A stretch of DNA of 63,895 nt, filler included, from Nitrospirae bacterium CG2_30_53_67 (GTDB lineage: Bacteria; CG2-30-53-67), in the NCBI GenBank assembly GCA_001873285.1. It is 7 parts of 7 records of this genome, joined end to end, with 100 filler letters (N's around TTAATTAATTAA, not from the genome) between each part and the next. Parts side by side here need not be neighbours in the genome. Positions count along the whole stretch, not along the records: positions 27,744 to 53,740 come from MNYV01000029.1; 6 more parts are not named here. One strand, written 5' to 3'. Under the pieces are notes generated by a model that was not told where the DNA came from, ran no database searches, and saw only the letters and a program-made list of their open reading frames with translations. A program made the position numbers and the translations under genes. This document shows, in pieces, positions 37,035 through 48,000 of this stretch (position 1 is its first letter; each line of letters begins with the position of its first letter).

Positions 37035-39479
37035 ATGAAGAGACCCGCAAAAAAGAAGCGGTGGTTCAGATGGATGATCACCGGATTGGTTCTTCTGCTG
37101 GTCCTTGTTCTCTCGGCAGCCGCTGGGGCCGGTTTTCTCCTGTACACTCAGATTCTCCATGAACTTACGGATGTCTCAAAGCTGAAGGACTACCGGCCGA
37201 GCCTGATCACCACGGTCTATGCTGATAACGACGAGGTGGCCGGGAAATTTTACATCGAGAGAAGGATTCTTCTCCCCTTTTCCGAAATTCCCGATATCCT
37301 GGTGAAGGCCTTCATTGCCATTGAGGACGCCCGGTTCTATCAGCACGGCGGGATCGATTTTCAGGGTATCTCCAGGGCTTTCTGGGCCAACCTGCGGGCC
37401 AAACAGATCACGCAGGGAGGGAGCACCATCACCCAGCAGCTGGCCAAGACCCTTTTCCTCTCTCCGGAGAGGACCATACAAAGGAAGATCCGGGAGATCC
37501 TCCTGGCCCTTCAAATCGAGAAACGATTCAGCAAAAAAGAGATCCTCGAACTCTACCTCAATCAGATCTACTTCGGAGAAGGGGCCTACGGCGTCGAGGC
37601 CGCGTCCGAAACCTATTTCGGGAAGCATGTGAAAGACTTGAGCCTTTCCGAAGCGGCGATGCTGGCGGGCCTTCCCAAGGCGCCCGCCCATTTCGATCCA
37701 TACAAGGAGCCGGATTCCGCCTTGAAGCGAAGGTCCATGGTTCTGGTCCGGATGTACGGAGAACATTTCATTTCAAAAGATCAGATGCGCGCCGCCGATG
37801 CGGAGAACATCGTACTCAAGAAGAGAGAAAAATATCAGGATGTATCCGCCTACTTTATTGAGCACGTCCGCCGTTATCTCATGGAGCGGTACGGAAGTCA
37901 GGAACTCTACCGGAGCGGGCTGGAGGTGCATACCACGCTGAATCTGACGATGCAGCGTGCGGCCTTCCAGTCGCTGAGAGAAGGGCTGATGGAATATGAC
38001 AAACGGCATGGGTACCGCGGGCCCATAGGTCATGGATCCGCATCGGGGGAGGAGTCTAAGAAACCGCTGGAAGCGCCTCTCAGCCGTCCTCAGGAAAGCA
38101 GGTCCGTCCGTGTGAACGATATTTTGGAAGGTACGGTCGCCGATTTGGACGGGAAGGGCGCATGGGTTCTGACCGAAGCGGGTAAGGGGTTCCTCCCCTT
38201 GGAAGGACTCCAATGGGCAGGGAGCGCGGTCCGTAAGAAGGACCCCTCGGATCCGGCCAAGACCGTCTGGATCAAACCCAAGTCGCTGGAGGATATCCTC
38301 TCCCAAGGAGACCGCATCCTCGTGAGGGTCGTGAGGTCTGTGCCGGGATCGTCAGGTCTGTTCTTCTCTTTGGAACAGGAACCGGAGGCGCAGGGGGCTG
38401 TCATCTGCATGCAGCCGTCCACCGGTGAGATCAAGGCCATGGTCGGGGGATTCGATTTTGAGAAGAGCGAATTCAACCGGGCGGTCCAGTCCAGGAGGCA
38501 GCCCGGCTCGGCATTCAAACCGTTGATCTACGCTGCTGCCATAGAGAAAGGATTTTCTCCGGCCACCATCATCATCGATGCGCCGATCATCTTTGATCAA
38601 CCCGGTATGCCGGAGAAGTGGAAACCGTCCAATTACAGCGAAAAGTTTTACGGGCCTACCCGGCTTCGTGTCGCCCTGGCGAAGTCCATCAACGTGGTGA
38701 CTGTCAAGCTTCTTCAAAGAGTGGGGGTCAGGAACGTCGTTGATTTGGCGAAGAGGCTCGGGATTACAAGCCCCCTCGATAAGAACTATTCCCTGGCCCT
38801 CGGTTCATCGGGGGTGACCCTGCAGGAGCTGACCTCTGCCTATTCGGTTTTTGCCAACCAGGGCAGAAGGGCGGAGCCGTACTTTATCCGCCGTATTACG
38901 GACTACGATGGGAAGGTGATCGAGCAGAGAGAGCCCTCGACCGAAGATGCCGTGAGTTCCGATGTGGCCTATATCATGACCAGCATGCTCGAAGAGGTGG
39001 TCAGGAACGGGACCGGGTGGAAGATGCAGGAGCTGGGCCGTCCTTCGGCCGGCAAGACCGGAACGACCAACAACTTTCAGGACGCCCTTTATATCGGGTT
39101 CGTTCCGGATCTCATTGCCGGGGTCTGGGTGGGTTATGATGACATGCGCTCACTGGGGAACGGAGAAACCGGAGCAAGGGCCGCGGCCCCGATATGGCTC
39201 TCTTTCATGCGCAAGGCAACCCTGAACTCCGAAAGAATGCCTTTCCCGGTCCCTGATGACGTTGTATTGGTCAAGATTGATTCCAAGACCGGCCTCCTCC
39301 CTTCTTCAGAGAATCAGGAAACCTATTTTGAATGTTTCAGGAAGGGGAGCGAACCCCGTGAATATGCCTCCTCGAAACATACGGAGGGGAATGACTTCTT
39401 CGAAATGGATTCCGGTTCGGTCCGGCCATCGTCGCCTAAAGAGACTTCTTCAGAGAAACCGGCGCCTGACCGGTTATGA
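37035..39479 (+). CDS. mrcA: Penicillin-binding protein 1A
   Basis: EDARFYQH.G, QGGSTITQQL, YLNQIYFG, RQPGSAFKP, SIN, GKTGTTN; OB-like insert. Confidence 0.92.
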   Translation: MKRPAKKKRWFRWMITGLVLLLVLVLSAAAGAGFLLYTQILHELTDVSKLKDYRPSLITTVYADNDEVAGKFYIERRILLPFSEIPDILVKAFIAIEDARFYQHGGIDFQGISRAFWANLRAKQITQGGSTITQQLAKTLFLSPERTIQRKIREILLALQIEKRFSKKEILELYLNQIYFGEGAYGVEAASETYFGKHVKDLSLSEAAMLAGLPKAPAHFDPYKEPDSALKRRSMVLVRMYGEHFISKDQMRAADAENIVLKKREKYQDVSAYFIEHVRRYLMERYGSQELYRSGLEVHTTLNLTMQRAAFQSLREGLMEYDKRHGYRGPIGHGSASGEESKKPLEAPLSRPQESRSVRVNDILEGTVADLDGKGAWVLTEAGKGFLPLEGLQWAGSAVRKKDPSDPAKTVWIKPKSLEDILSQGDRILVRVVRSVPGSSGLFFSLEQEPEAQGAVICMQPSTGEIKAMVGGFDFEKSEFNRAVQSRRQPGSAFKPLIYAAAIEKGFSPATIIIDAPIIFDQPGMPEKWKPSNYSEKFYGPTRLRVALAKSINVVTVKLLQRVGVRNVVDLAKRLGITSPLDKNYSLALGSSGVTLQELTSAYSVFANQGRRAEPYFIRRITDYDGKVIEQREPSTEDAVSSDVAYIMTSMLEEVVRNGTGWKMQELGRPSAGKTGTTNNFQDALYIGFVPDLIAGVWVGYDDMRSLGNGETGARAAAPIWLSFMRKATLNSERMPFPVPDDVVLVKIDSKTGLLPSSENQETYFECFRKGSEPREYASSKHTEGNDFFEMDSGSVRPSSPKETSSEKPAPDRL

Positions 39480-39520
39480 TTTTGGCGAGCCAGAACTGAC
39501 ACGGCCACTAAGTTTTATTC

Positions 39521-39715
39521 TAAACCCACCACCTTTGGTGGTGGACCTGAAGAGGTTCTACCGATCCGGGGAGAAATAAGATAGGCTCTTCCTCTAGGAA
39601 AGCCCTGTATAGAGGAGGAGCAAGAACCTATGCATGGTTGAGAGAGTCCAACGCAGGTCAGTTGTTATTGGAATCACCCCACACTCTTACGCGAAGAGCC
39701 ATTTATTTAAACGGC
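39521..39715 (+). mobile_element. Degenerate IS200/IS605-like left end with tnpA 5' relic
   Basis: Hairpin CCACCACC-TTT-GGTGGTGG, GAGGAGG RBS, then MHG*ESPTQV.. and frameshifted ..RRAIY, resembling TnpA N-termini. Confidence 0.45.
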
Positions 39716-39970
39716 CGCTGTGGGGCTGTTGAAAAAGCCTGCCTTTGTCTTCCGTTCAGACCCATGTTACAAGGCAATTCTATGAACTCACCGGTCAGTT
39801 ACTTTATAGCGGAAGCACAGATATCACGGGTATCCATTTTTCCAAAGAGTACAATCCTGAGGATTGGATATAAAGCTCAGGGACCTTCAAAGGTGTCTGA
39901 CACCTTTGACCTTCCAGGAATGTTTGGAGGGGAATTACATAAGCTGTCCCCGGAATTGAGGATTATAGTA

Positions 39971-40480
39971 TCAGACGCTTGCTGTCTCGACGCATGCAAA
40001 CTGCTCTTCATAGAAGGCACGCGCAGCTTCCTGTTTCTTTCGCATCTCTAAAAAGACCTCGTCGTAATTCTCTACCAGGAGGTCAACGACCTTCGATTCC
40101 AAGAGTTTTCTTGCCGAGAAGTCTTTGAGGATACGAATAATCCCCTTGCGATAGGGCCGGTCTTCGGCCGTTGCCGTAAAGATATCGGCCACCATCATGA
40201 TCCGCGCCCCTATGGTGAGGTCCGCTGCCTTGCAGTGAAAGGGATACCCGCTCCCATCAAGTCTCTCATGATGAAAGGCCCCCCATTCGGCGATCATAAA
40301 GAGGGTTGGAAAATCAATCTCAAGTCTCCGGGCAGGGCCTTTCGCCATGAGCACGGAATAGAGTCTCTTGGAAACCAGGTCGAGCCAGAATTCTTTCCGC
40401 ACGCTGACCGATCTGAAAAAATCCACTTATGGAAGGATGGAGATGGTGGAAACGAAGCCGGCATTTTTCAAGGGAAAGCA
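39971..40480 (-). pseudogene. HD-GYP phosphodiesterase C-terminal fragment
   Basis: HHERLDGSGYP, ARIMMVADIFTA..EDRPYR; N-terminal HD motif region missing. Confidence 0.7.
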
Positions 40481-40486
40481 GCTTTC

Positions 40487-41149
40487 TCAGGGTGCGGCCT
40501 CTCTGGCGCTCTCGAGGTCGAGGACGATCTGCTGGACGTTCCGGGTGAAGAATCTCTTGATGAATTCCCAGCTTGGCTTTTTCTTTCCGCAGTAGCGGGG
40601 GTCCGGGTCGGACTCCGCATCCTCAAAATAGACCAGAGACTTGCCGATGTGGAGAGGATGAATCCTATTCCAGCCGAAACGCCGGATCATGTTCTCGGCC
40701 ACTTGAAAGAAGGGAAGGCTCTGCAGGATGAAATAGAGGTCCACAAAATCTCTTCTTGCGCCCCGCTGACTGATCGAAATGACTTTCATTCCGGCTATAT
40801 CCGCGATCCCGGAGATCGAAATTCCGTTCCACCGGGCCTTGGGTTCAGGAAACGGATAAGGGTAGTGGAAAAAGGAAGTCTTGACCTCATTCGCTAAAAC
40901 GGTCAGGGTCCCTTGAGCTTCCTGCATGATTTCGGGTTGAACTCTCTCTGCCTGGAGCGCCTGGAAGAGGTTCTCTGTGCTGAAGTCCTCTGTGGTGAAA
41001 AAGTCCAGGTCCTCGGAGATACGATGCCCCAGTTGCAGGGCGAGGCCGGTTCCACCGGCCAGGATGAATCCGTGGGCGCGGACCACGGGTCTGAGCCGGG
41101 CGATGACCTTTCTTAAGTTCGGGGGCAGGGATTCAACATGGACGGCCAA
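40487..41149 (-). CDS. AbiEii-family nucleotidyltransferase (type IV TA toxin)
   Basis: LAGGTGLALQLGHRISEDLDFF, MK..I..RG.RRDFVDLY. Confidence 0.88.
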   Translation of the reverse strand: MAVHVESLPPNLRKVIARLRPVVRAHGFILAGGTGLALQLGHRISEDLDFFTTEDFSTENLFQALQAERVQPEIMQEAQGTLTVLANEVKTSFFHYPYPFPEPKARWNGISISGIADIAGMKVISISQRGARRDFVDLYFILQSLPFFQVAENMIRRFGWNRIHPLHIGKSLVYFEDAESDPDPRYCGKKKPSWEFIKRFFTRNVQQIVLDLESAREAAP

Positions 41150-41513
41150 ACCAGATCCTCCAGAAGTTATTGGACTTGGGTGAAATCTTCCGGCTGTTCT
41201 CGCAGGTTTCCATAATCAGTTTTGTGGGATAAAGACGCTGTATCCAGTGAAGCGCATCCAAACTGCCCATTTCGAGGACGCGCTCGATTACGTACCGGGC
41301 ATGACTTCGGAGGTCAACCCGGCCGGGGGGGGTGTCCCAGAAAAGGAAGTAAAACCGTTTCGGAATCGTTTTCATTTCCTGCAGGGCTTCCATCTTTGTC
41401 GCAACCGCCGGGTCGGAAAGAGGGCCGAGGTATTTGTGCACGACCTTGTTCCTGCTCCGGTAGGCATGATACGCATATTTTTTGTGCTTTATGGTCTTGA
41501 CCACGATGCTCAC
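41133..41513 (-). CDS. Putative cognate antitoxin (DUF6922-like) with N-terminal basic beta domain
   Basis: LFWD.....D....A.YVIERVLE.G, SPKS.NFW; overlaps the toxin start. Confidence 0.7.
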   Translation of the reverse strand: MSIVVKTIKHKKYAYHAYRSRNKVVHKYLGPLSDPAVATKMEALQEMKTIPKRFYFLFWDTPPGRVDLRSHARYVIERVLEMGSLDALHWIQRLYPTKLIMETCENSRKISPKSNNFWRIWFGRPC

Positions 41514-41591
41514 GGAGTCTCCTTCCTGGACTGCCTAAAAGTTACCAAACTTTGTTGGGTAAGTCAACTGAATTCTCGCGGGGTGGATGGC

Positions 41592-42176
41592 CTACCAGCA
41601 GCGGATCCTTCCGGTGTCCACGTGGATGAAGTCGGAGCCTGGATAATATCCCACGCCGCCGCTTCGGAGAGAAACGGCAACCTGTCTCAGATTTGAAAGT
41701 TCATAACCCGGCAGCCTGATGTCCGCGGCCTTGCCGTAGAGATGCATACTGTTTTTCGCCACCCCATGTCCCTGTCTCCATAAAAACTCATTAGTCTGCG
41801 GCGAACGATAACCGGATATGATGTGGAAGGGCTCCCGGGTTTTCACTTTAGCCCTGAGGGCAAAAAGGAGATCCAGCAGGTCCGGGTCTATGGGAGAGAT
41901 GTCCCCGGTATAATGGTCGCGGAGGATGGTGTTGATCCGGTCCATGGCATCCGGAATATACATTCCCCGGTTCCAGTAGACGGTCTCCAGATGTTCCTCA
42001 GTGTGGGTGTTATAAAACGAGAGTGTTTTTTTCTGGATGAAAAAGTTTTTCAGCGCAGACTGGGCAGGGGCGGGAACCAGACATGCGGATACGGTCAGAA
42101 GCCCCAGGGTCAGAAATCCTCTGCGGTTTATCTCATGGCAAGATTGTTCGATGATTTTTTTTTCAAATAAGTGCAT
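41592..42176 (-). CDS. YcbK/DUF882 peptidase M15 (MepK-like), Tat-exported
   Basis: RRGFL Tat motif; HT.E, LRDH, ISGYRSP.TN, SMH..GKA.D, HVDTG. Confidence 0.9.
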   Translation of the reverse strand: MHLFEKKIIEQSCHEINRRGFLTLGLLTVSACLVPAPAQSALKNFFIQKKTLSFYNTHTEEHLETVYWNRGMYIPDAMDRINTILRDHYTGDISPIDPDLLDLLFALRAKVKTREPFHIISGYRSPQTNEFLWRQGHGVAKNSMHLYGKAADIRLPGYELSNLRQVAVSLRSGGVGYYPGSDFIHVDTGRIRCW

Positions 42177-42284
42177 GGCGGTATGACTTGTCCGGAAATA
42201 TTGTATTTGTTATGTTATGTAATCATTATAATATAAATTGAAAGAGAAAGTATACATAAATTTTCATCCGGTTTCTCATCCGCT

Positions 42285-44087
42285 TTATGGAGCAGGCGGT
42301 CTTTTTCCCAAGGCCTTGTCCATTTGTATGTCTCTATCATAAACATCTTCACGGAAATTAAGTCTTCCTGCTTCATCCACCCATGCGGTAAGATAGAGTA
42401 TATAGACGGCTATAGGCTGGGGAAGCCGCACGGCTTTATTCCTGCCGTCGTCTATGGCGGCCTGTATCCTCTCTTGAGTCCACGAAGGGTCCCTCTTTAA
42501 CAGGTACTCTGCCAGTTCCATGGGTTTTTCTATGCGGATGCAGCCGTGACTGAAGGCCCGGACATTTTTTGAAAAGAGATTCTTGACCGGTGTGTCGTGA
42601 AGATAGACATTGAACCTGTTCGGGAACATGAACTTGATCCGTCCGAGGGGATTCTGGGGGCCGGGGTCCTGCCTGAGTTTATAATTGAAGTTTTTGGCCG
42701 AGGCCAGGGACCAGTCCAGGGCCTCCGGGTCTATGACTTCTATGCGGCCTTGGCCTTCCCATATAACCTTCAGGTTGTTTTTGGCCAGGTAATCGGGGTC
42801 TTTGCTCATTTTGGGGATGATCTCCCTGACCATGATATTTTTCGGAACATTCCAATAAGGATTCAGCTCCAGGTAGGTCATGACTGCGCTGAAGACAGGG
42901 GTATGCCAGTAATTTTTGCCCACCACGACCTTCATGGACATGTTCGTATGGCCGTTCTCAAATAAATCCAGTTTAAAGTCGGCAATGTTGACGATGATAT
43001 ATTTCTGCCCGAGATCCCTGGGTATCCAGCGCAGGCGCTCCATGTTCAATTCAATCTGGCGGATTCTTGCCTGCACCGGGACATTTATGGCCTTCAATGT
43101 GGCAGGGCCGGCCACTCCGTCGGCGTCCAGCCCGTGCTGTTCCTGGAACCTGATGACGGCCTGTTCGAGGGTTTCGTCGAAAAGTTCTCCTGACTCATCT
43201 TCCTCAGGGGTAAGATCACCCGAAGCGATCAACCTCTTTTTAAGTTCAATGACCCGCCGGTCAAAACTCTCCTTTTTCAAGGAAGGCCCGGTTGAAACAG
43301 CCGGCCATCCCCCTCTTTCCGCTATTTTCCGGTCATGCGCCAGGGCCTGCCTGAGTCTGGAGTAACCATATTGTGACGGGAGAAGTTTTATTAAGGTTTC
43401 TTCTATGAGGTCGTCTTCCAGCGCCTTTTCAAGGATCGAGGAAACATCAACGGTCTCCCGGCCGGCATGCCACTCTGCGTCAAGCGTTACCGGATTGACG
43501 CACCCTGCCGAGAGGTGACAGCTTAGCAGGAGGAATGCATCCGTGAGGAGCAGGTCGAGATCCGCCATGGTTTCAAAAGAGGGTCCATCCTTTGCTGCGC
43601 CTTCTCGTATGCCGGCTAAAAGGGATTCAATATTTTTGAGGTGATAGTAATCCGGGGTGAGTCCTTCATTACGGGAATCTTCAATGGCCTTGACCAGTGC
43701 ATAAGCTTGAGCTAAGGATCCGTTTGCGCCGGCCCATGCAGGCCTGAAGCCTCTTCTGCTGTAGAAGCGGTCAAGCATCACCGTATCATGGATAAACTCT
43801 TTTCCAATTCTGATTTTTGGGGGAGAACCGGCTTCAGAGATTCTTTTTTTGATGAGGTCCGCAGTTTTTGCATTCTCGCTCTCATCCCACGGGATGTCAT
43901 GGGAAGCCCGGCCCTGCACAGCCGGGGACAAAGAGAAGAGCAAAAGAAAAATAAAAAGACTCGTGCAGGTTAGATATTTAGGTCTCCGGTATCTCATACT
44001 GAAGGCGAATCCTAAAAAAGGCTTATAACGGATTTTAAAGTTAAGTTTTGACGATGATGACCTGTTCCAGCCATGATCGGCCATCAT
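42285..44087 (-). CDS. YcbB/LdtD-like L,D-transpeptidase (start probably downstream, near 43997)
   Basis: PG-binding FQ..HGL..DG, NMERLRW, YLHDTP, SHGCIR. Confidence 0.9.
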   Translation of the reverse strand: MMADHGWNRSSSSKLNFKIRYKPFLGFAFSMRYRRPKYLTCTSLFIFLLLFSLSPAVQGRASHDIPWDESENAKTADLIKKRISEAGSPPKIRIGKEFIHDTVMLDRFYSRRGFRPAWAGANGSLAQAYALVKAIEDSRNEGLTPDYYHLKNIESLLAGIREGAAKDGPSFETMADLDLLLTDAFLLLSCHLSAGCVNPVTLDAEWHAGRETVDVSSILEKALEDDLIEETLIKLLPSQYGYSRLRQALAHDRKIAERGGWPAVSTGPSLKKESFDRRVIELKKRLIASGDLTPEEDESGELFDETLEQAVIRFQEQHGLDADGVAGPATLKAINVPVQARIRQIELNMERLRWIPRDLGQKYIIVNIADFKLDLFENGHTNMSMKVVVGKNYWHTPVFSAVMTYLELNPYWNVPKNIMVREIIPKMSKDPDYLAKNNLKVIWEGQGRIEVIDPEALDWSLASAKNFNYKLRQDPGPQNPLGRIKFMFPNRFNVYLHDTPVKNLFSKNVRAFSHGCIRIEKPMELAEYLLKRDPSWTQERIQAAIDDGRNKAVRLPQPIAVYILYLTAWVDEAGRLNFREDVYDRDIQMDKALGKRPPAP

Positions 44088-44276
44088 ATACGATCAGGGG
44101 CAAGATCTCAAGCCCTATGGCTATCTTACGCCTTTGTTTCCTTATAATAGTTCATAACATTTTTTACGATTAAAAATAATTAAAAAAGTTCTAAAGTTCC
44201 TTTTCCGGATTCCGATAAAGGAGCTTGATGACATTGAAAAGATCGGAACGAAGCATTCATGTTGGGGGTTTTCTAT

Positions 44277-45058
44277 TGAAAACGATCTCTCCGTTCCTTT
44301 GCAGCATCTTCTCTTATATCTTGTTCGTTTTTGTATTCTGCTTCTTCACCGCATCCGGTGTTCGTGCGGAAAGTCTTGTTTTGAACGTCGAACATGGCCG
44401 TATGGATGCCGCAATTGAAAAAGCCACGCTGAATCAGGTGATGGAGTCCGTGATCCGGAAGACGGGCATCCGTGTGTTCATAGACCCATCGCTTCTCAAT
44501 GACCGGATAAGCGTCCATTTCAAGGACCAAAACATTGAGGATGCTCTGAAGAAAATATCAGGAACACAAAGTTATGCCATGATCTTTTCCCCGGAAAAAG
44601 ATGCGTCAGGAAACCACATTTTAAAGGCGGTCCGGATCTATCCTAAGGGCGGGCCGGATCATCAAGAGCGGTATGTCTCGTTGAACGATCATCTCCTTGC
44701 CGGGTTCAAGTCTTCGGGACCGGCTTTCCTGACCTCTCAAGAGGTGGGTGACATGCTGAAAAGGGACGAACAGGCGAGCCTGTCCCATGTGTCTCAGGAA
44801 AATTCCAAAAGAAAAAATGGGAAGGAGATGGGGAACACCCCTGGAAGCAGGTCGTTGATTGATGAGGCGCTCTATCGGGCAAAAAAGATGCAAAAATTTA
44901 AGGAGCTCAAGGCCAAGACCATGAATCAAAAAACTCAATATGAAACCAGGACGGCATTACAACTCCAAGAGGAAAAATCCGCCCTGCAAAGGATCGCTTT
45001 TGAATACAAGAGGCAGGAGTCCTTAAAGGCAAGTTTATCAAGAAATATGAGTCATTAA
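44277..45058 (+). CDS. Exported hypothetical protein with secretin/TonB N-terminal (STN)-like domain (start uncertain)
   Basis: Signal-like helix; ATLNQVMESV.RKTGI.V, ISV.F....IEDALKKI; helical tail. Confidence 0.55.
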
Positions 45059-45081
45059 ACCATTAACAAGAAGGAGAAAGT

Positions 45082-48000
45082 ATGAAGGCAAAAACATTTT
45101 CAGTCAATCATTGGTTCATGCTGTTCAGTTTTTTCCTGATGGCTGTTTTCATTCATTCGTCTTATGCCTCGATGAACAGCGTAAGCATTGATACGGGGAC
45201 GCCGGGCAGCCTGACCAACGTCACCATTTCACCGGACGGGGATGGGACGGATGACCGGGCTAATGTTCATTTTACATCGGATGTGTCCGGGTCGTTCAAG
45301 GTGATGGTGGACACGAACGGCACACCGGGATTTCAGATGCCGGACTGGTCGGATCCGAACTCGTGGCAGACATCGGATACGACCATGGAGGGCTGGGCCG
45401 GAGCCGGAGGACCCAATCAATTCATGTTCGAGGGGAGGGACAACAAATGGCGTGTTCTTCCCAATGGGACGTATTCCATCAGGATCATGGTGGATGAAGA
45501 CGGGGATTGGATCAATACGACGCTGGATCAGTCCATGGATAATTCATTGACGGTTACCATCCAGACCGCCTCGATTTCAGGAAATGTGACCGCAGGGGGG
45601 AATCCGCTTCCCGGGGTCCATGTGAATGCCGGCTCGCAGTATGGCTGGGGAGATTCTGATACGGACTCAAGCGGAAACTACACCATTTCCGGCCTCAAGG
45701 CCGGCAGCTATCATGTCAATGCACAGAAGAGCGGGTACGTCTCTGCGGATTATCCCGGAGGAGACGTTGCCGTGACGGCGGGACAGAATACACCCGGCAT
45801 CAATTTTACCATGTCCCCTTCGATCCTGGTTACAGGGGCCATTACGATCCCCGCGGCTTTTACCAGTTTTGTCAACATGTGGGGAGGCATGGAGGACCAG
45901 CTCTGGATCAACATCAACGGCTGGACCGATGACGGATCCGACTGGGTCTGGGGCAATGCGCACATCCATGCAGCGGACGGCCAGTTCTGCCTGAACGCCC
46001 TGCCCGGAGATGATTTTGATAACGATGGAAAAGAAGATCCGGTCGAGTGCTCCAGTCCGACATCCACAACTTATTCACTCGATGTCAAACCACCGGCTTC
46101 AGGACAGACCAAGACCTACCATATCCGGGCCGAGGCCAATAACTACGCCAGTGTGGAATATACCGTGACGGTGAATGGCAGCGGCGGCGCCCAGGACATC
46201 ACCATGACCAAGGCCAGCCGGATTTTCGGGACCGTGACCCTGCCGTCCGCCAATGCGGGATCAACGCCGCTTTGGATCAATGTGAACGCAAGGACGGCGA
46301 GCGGGACCATGGCCTGGGGCGGGGGCTCCGTGGATATAGGCCAGACCCAGGGAAATTTCGACATCCGATCCGCCCTTGAAGGGACCTACACCGTGGAAGT
46401 TCAGGTCATGGGTTATAAGACCAGCAGTGTCTCCAGTGTTGTGGTCACCGCAGGTCAGGATACGGATTTAGGCAACATCAGCATCTCTCAGGGCGGGACC
46501 ATCAGCGGGATCATCACCATCGCCGGAGACACCGGCAGTTATCAGATGTATCCTGGAGATCCCGGAACCCAGCCCATCATGCTTTGGGTGGACGCAGGAT
46601 CTTCGGACGGCAGCGGATGGAGCGGGACCCAGGTGCAGATTCCCCGAGGGCTCAACCAGAGTGTCTCCTATACTATAGGCGGTCTGGGCGCCGGAACCTA
46701 TGAAATCCATTCCTGGCTGGGAGAAGGGTATGAGCAGACCCCCATGCCGCTGACGGCAACCCTGGCCGGGGACACCAGCAATGCGACCGGCGTGGATATG
46801 TCCTTTGCGCCTTATTCAGGAAAGATTACAGGGACCGTATCAGGAACGGGTCTGGATCTCTCCAAAGTGGTTGTGAGGGCCATGAAGGCCGGATGGGGAT
46901 GGCAGCAGCCCGTAACAACCCAGCCTTCAGGAGACGGATCTTATACGCTGACCGGTCTGGGGACCTCGGAATATATTCTTGAAGTCAATGAGTACGTCAA
47001 TTCAGCGGATATGCTGAACGGCGCTCAGCCGATGCCTACCGGAAACTTCGGGACCGAGACAGTTAGAGTCCCGGTCACCAACGGCGAGACCACTTCCGGT
47101 CAGAACGTTACATTAAGCGCCGGAGGGGTTATTACCGGAAGCATATCACTGGAGCCGGGCTACAGCGGGAGTGTGAACTTCAACACGGATCTCGTAGGCA
47201 AAATGGTGACCGCCATGCCCATGAAGATGGCCATGATGGGAGGATCCTCGATGTTCATGGGACCGATCCTGCCCGACGGGACCTATACCATCTCCGGTCT
47301 GGGGGCAGGGGCGTACAGTGTCTCGCCTCCCACGGAACTGACCGATCAGATGGCGGGTTTCGATCCCAATGCACAGATGATGCAGGCGCCATTCGAGCCC
47401 GACATTGCGGCCGACAGCCGGATGGTCTCGGTATCCTCCGGACAGACCAAGTCAGGGGTTGATTTCGTCCTATCTGACGGATATTCCGTGAGCGGGACCC
47501 TGACCCTTCCGGATATTCCGACAGGAGACCAGTGGAACTATGTATGCGAAATTGAACTCCGGCATCCCCGAAAGGAAGGGATGGGCCGGCACATGCCGGT
47601 TTTTGTCAAGGATTTCAACGGGACCAAGACTTATTCCTTTACTCTGGAACATATCATGGACGGTGACTATGTGATCCAGGCCTGGTCCAATAACTACACC
47701 GTCGCCTACAAGAACATTTCCGTGAACGATAGCGACGTGGCCGGTGCGAACCTGGAATTAAAGAAAGGCGCCAGCATCACCGGTACGCTCGTCAATGCGA
47801 GCAGCGGCAAGGCTGTAACACCCTCTGACGGTATCCGGGTCCGCTGTGAGGCTTACCCCTGGGTAGAGGGGAGCTGGAGAGAAACCATGCAGGACCCCTG
47901 GTCCACCAGCCGGTTTACGGATCAGGGCGGCATCTATACCGGGGCATTCACCCTGGCCAATCTCCCAGCCGGGACCTATGTCGTGACCGTGGAAGCGGAA

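Noticed and set aside
39638..40051. 137-aa ORF as a real gene
   Set aside because: It runs through IS-like debris and a palindrome and overlaps the HD-GYP remnant; no coherent domain
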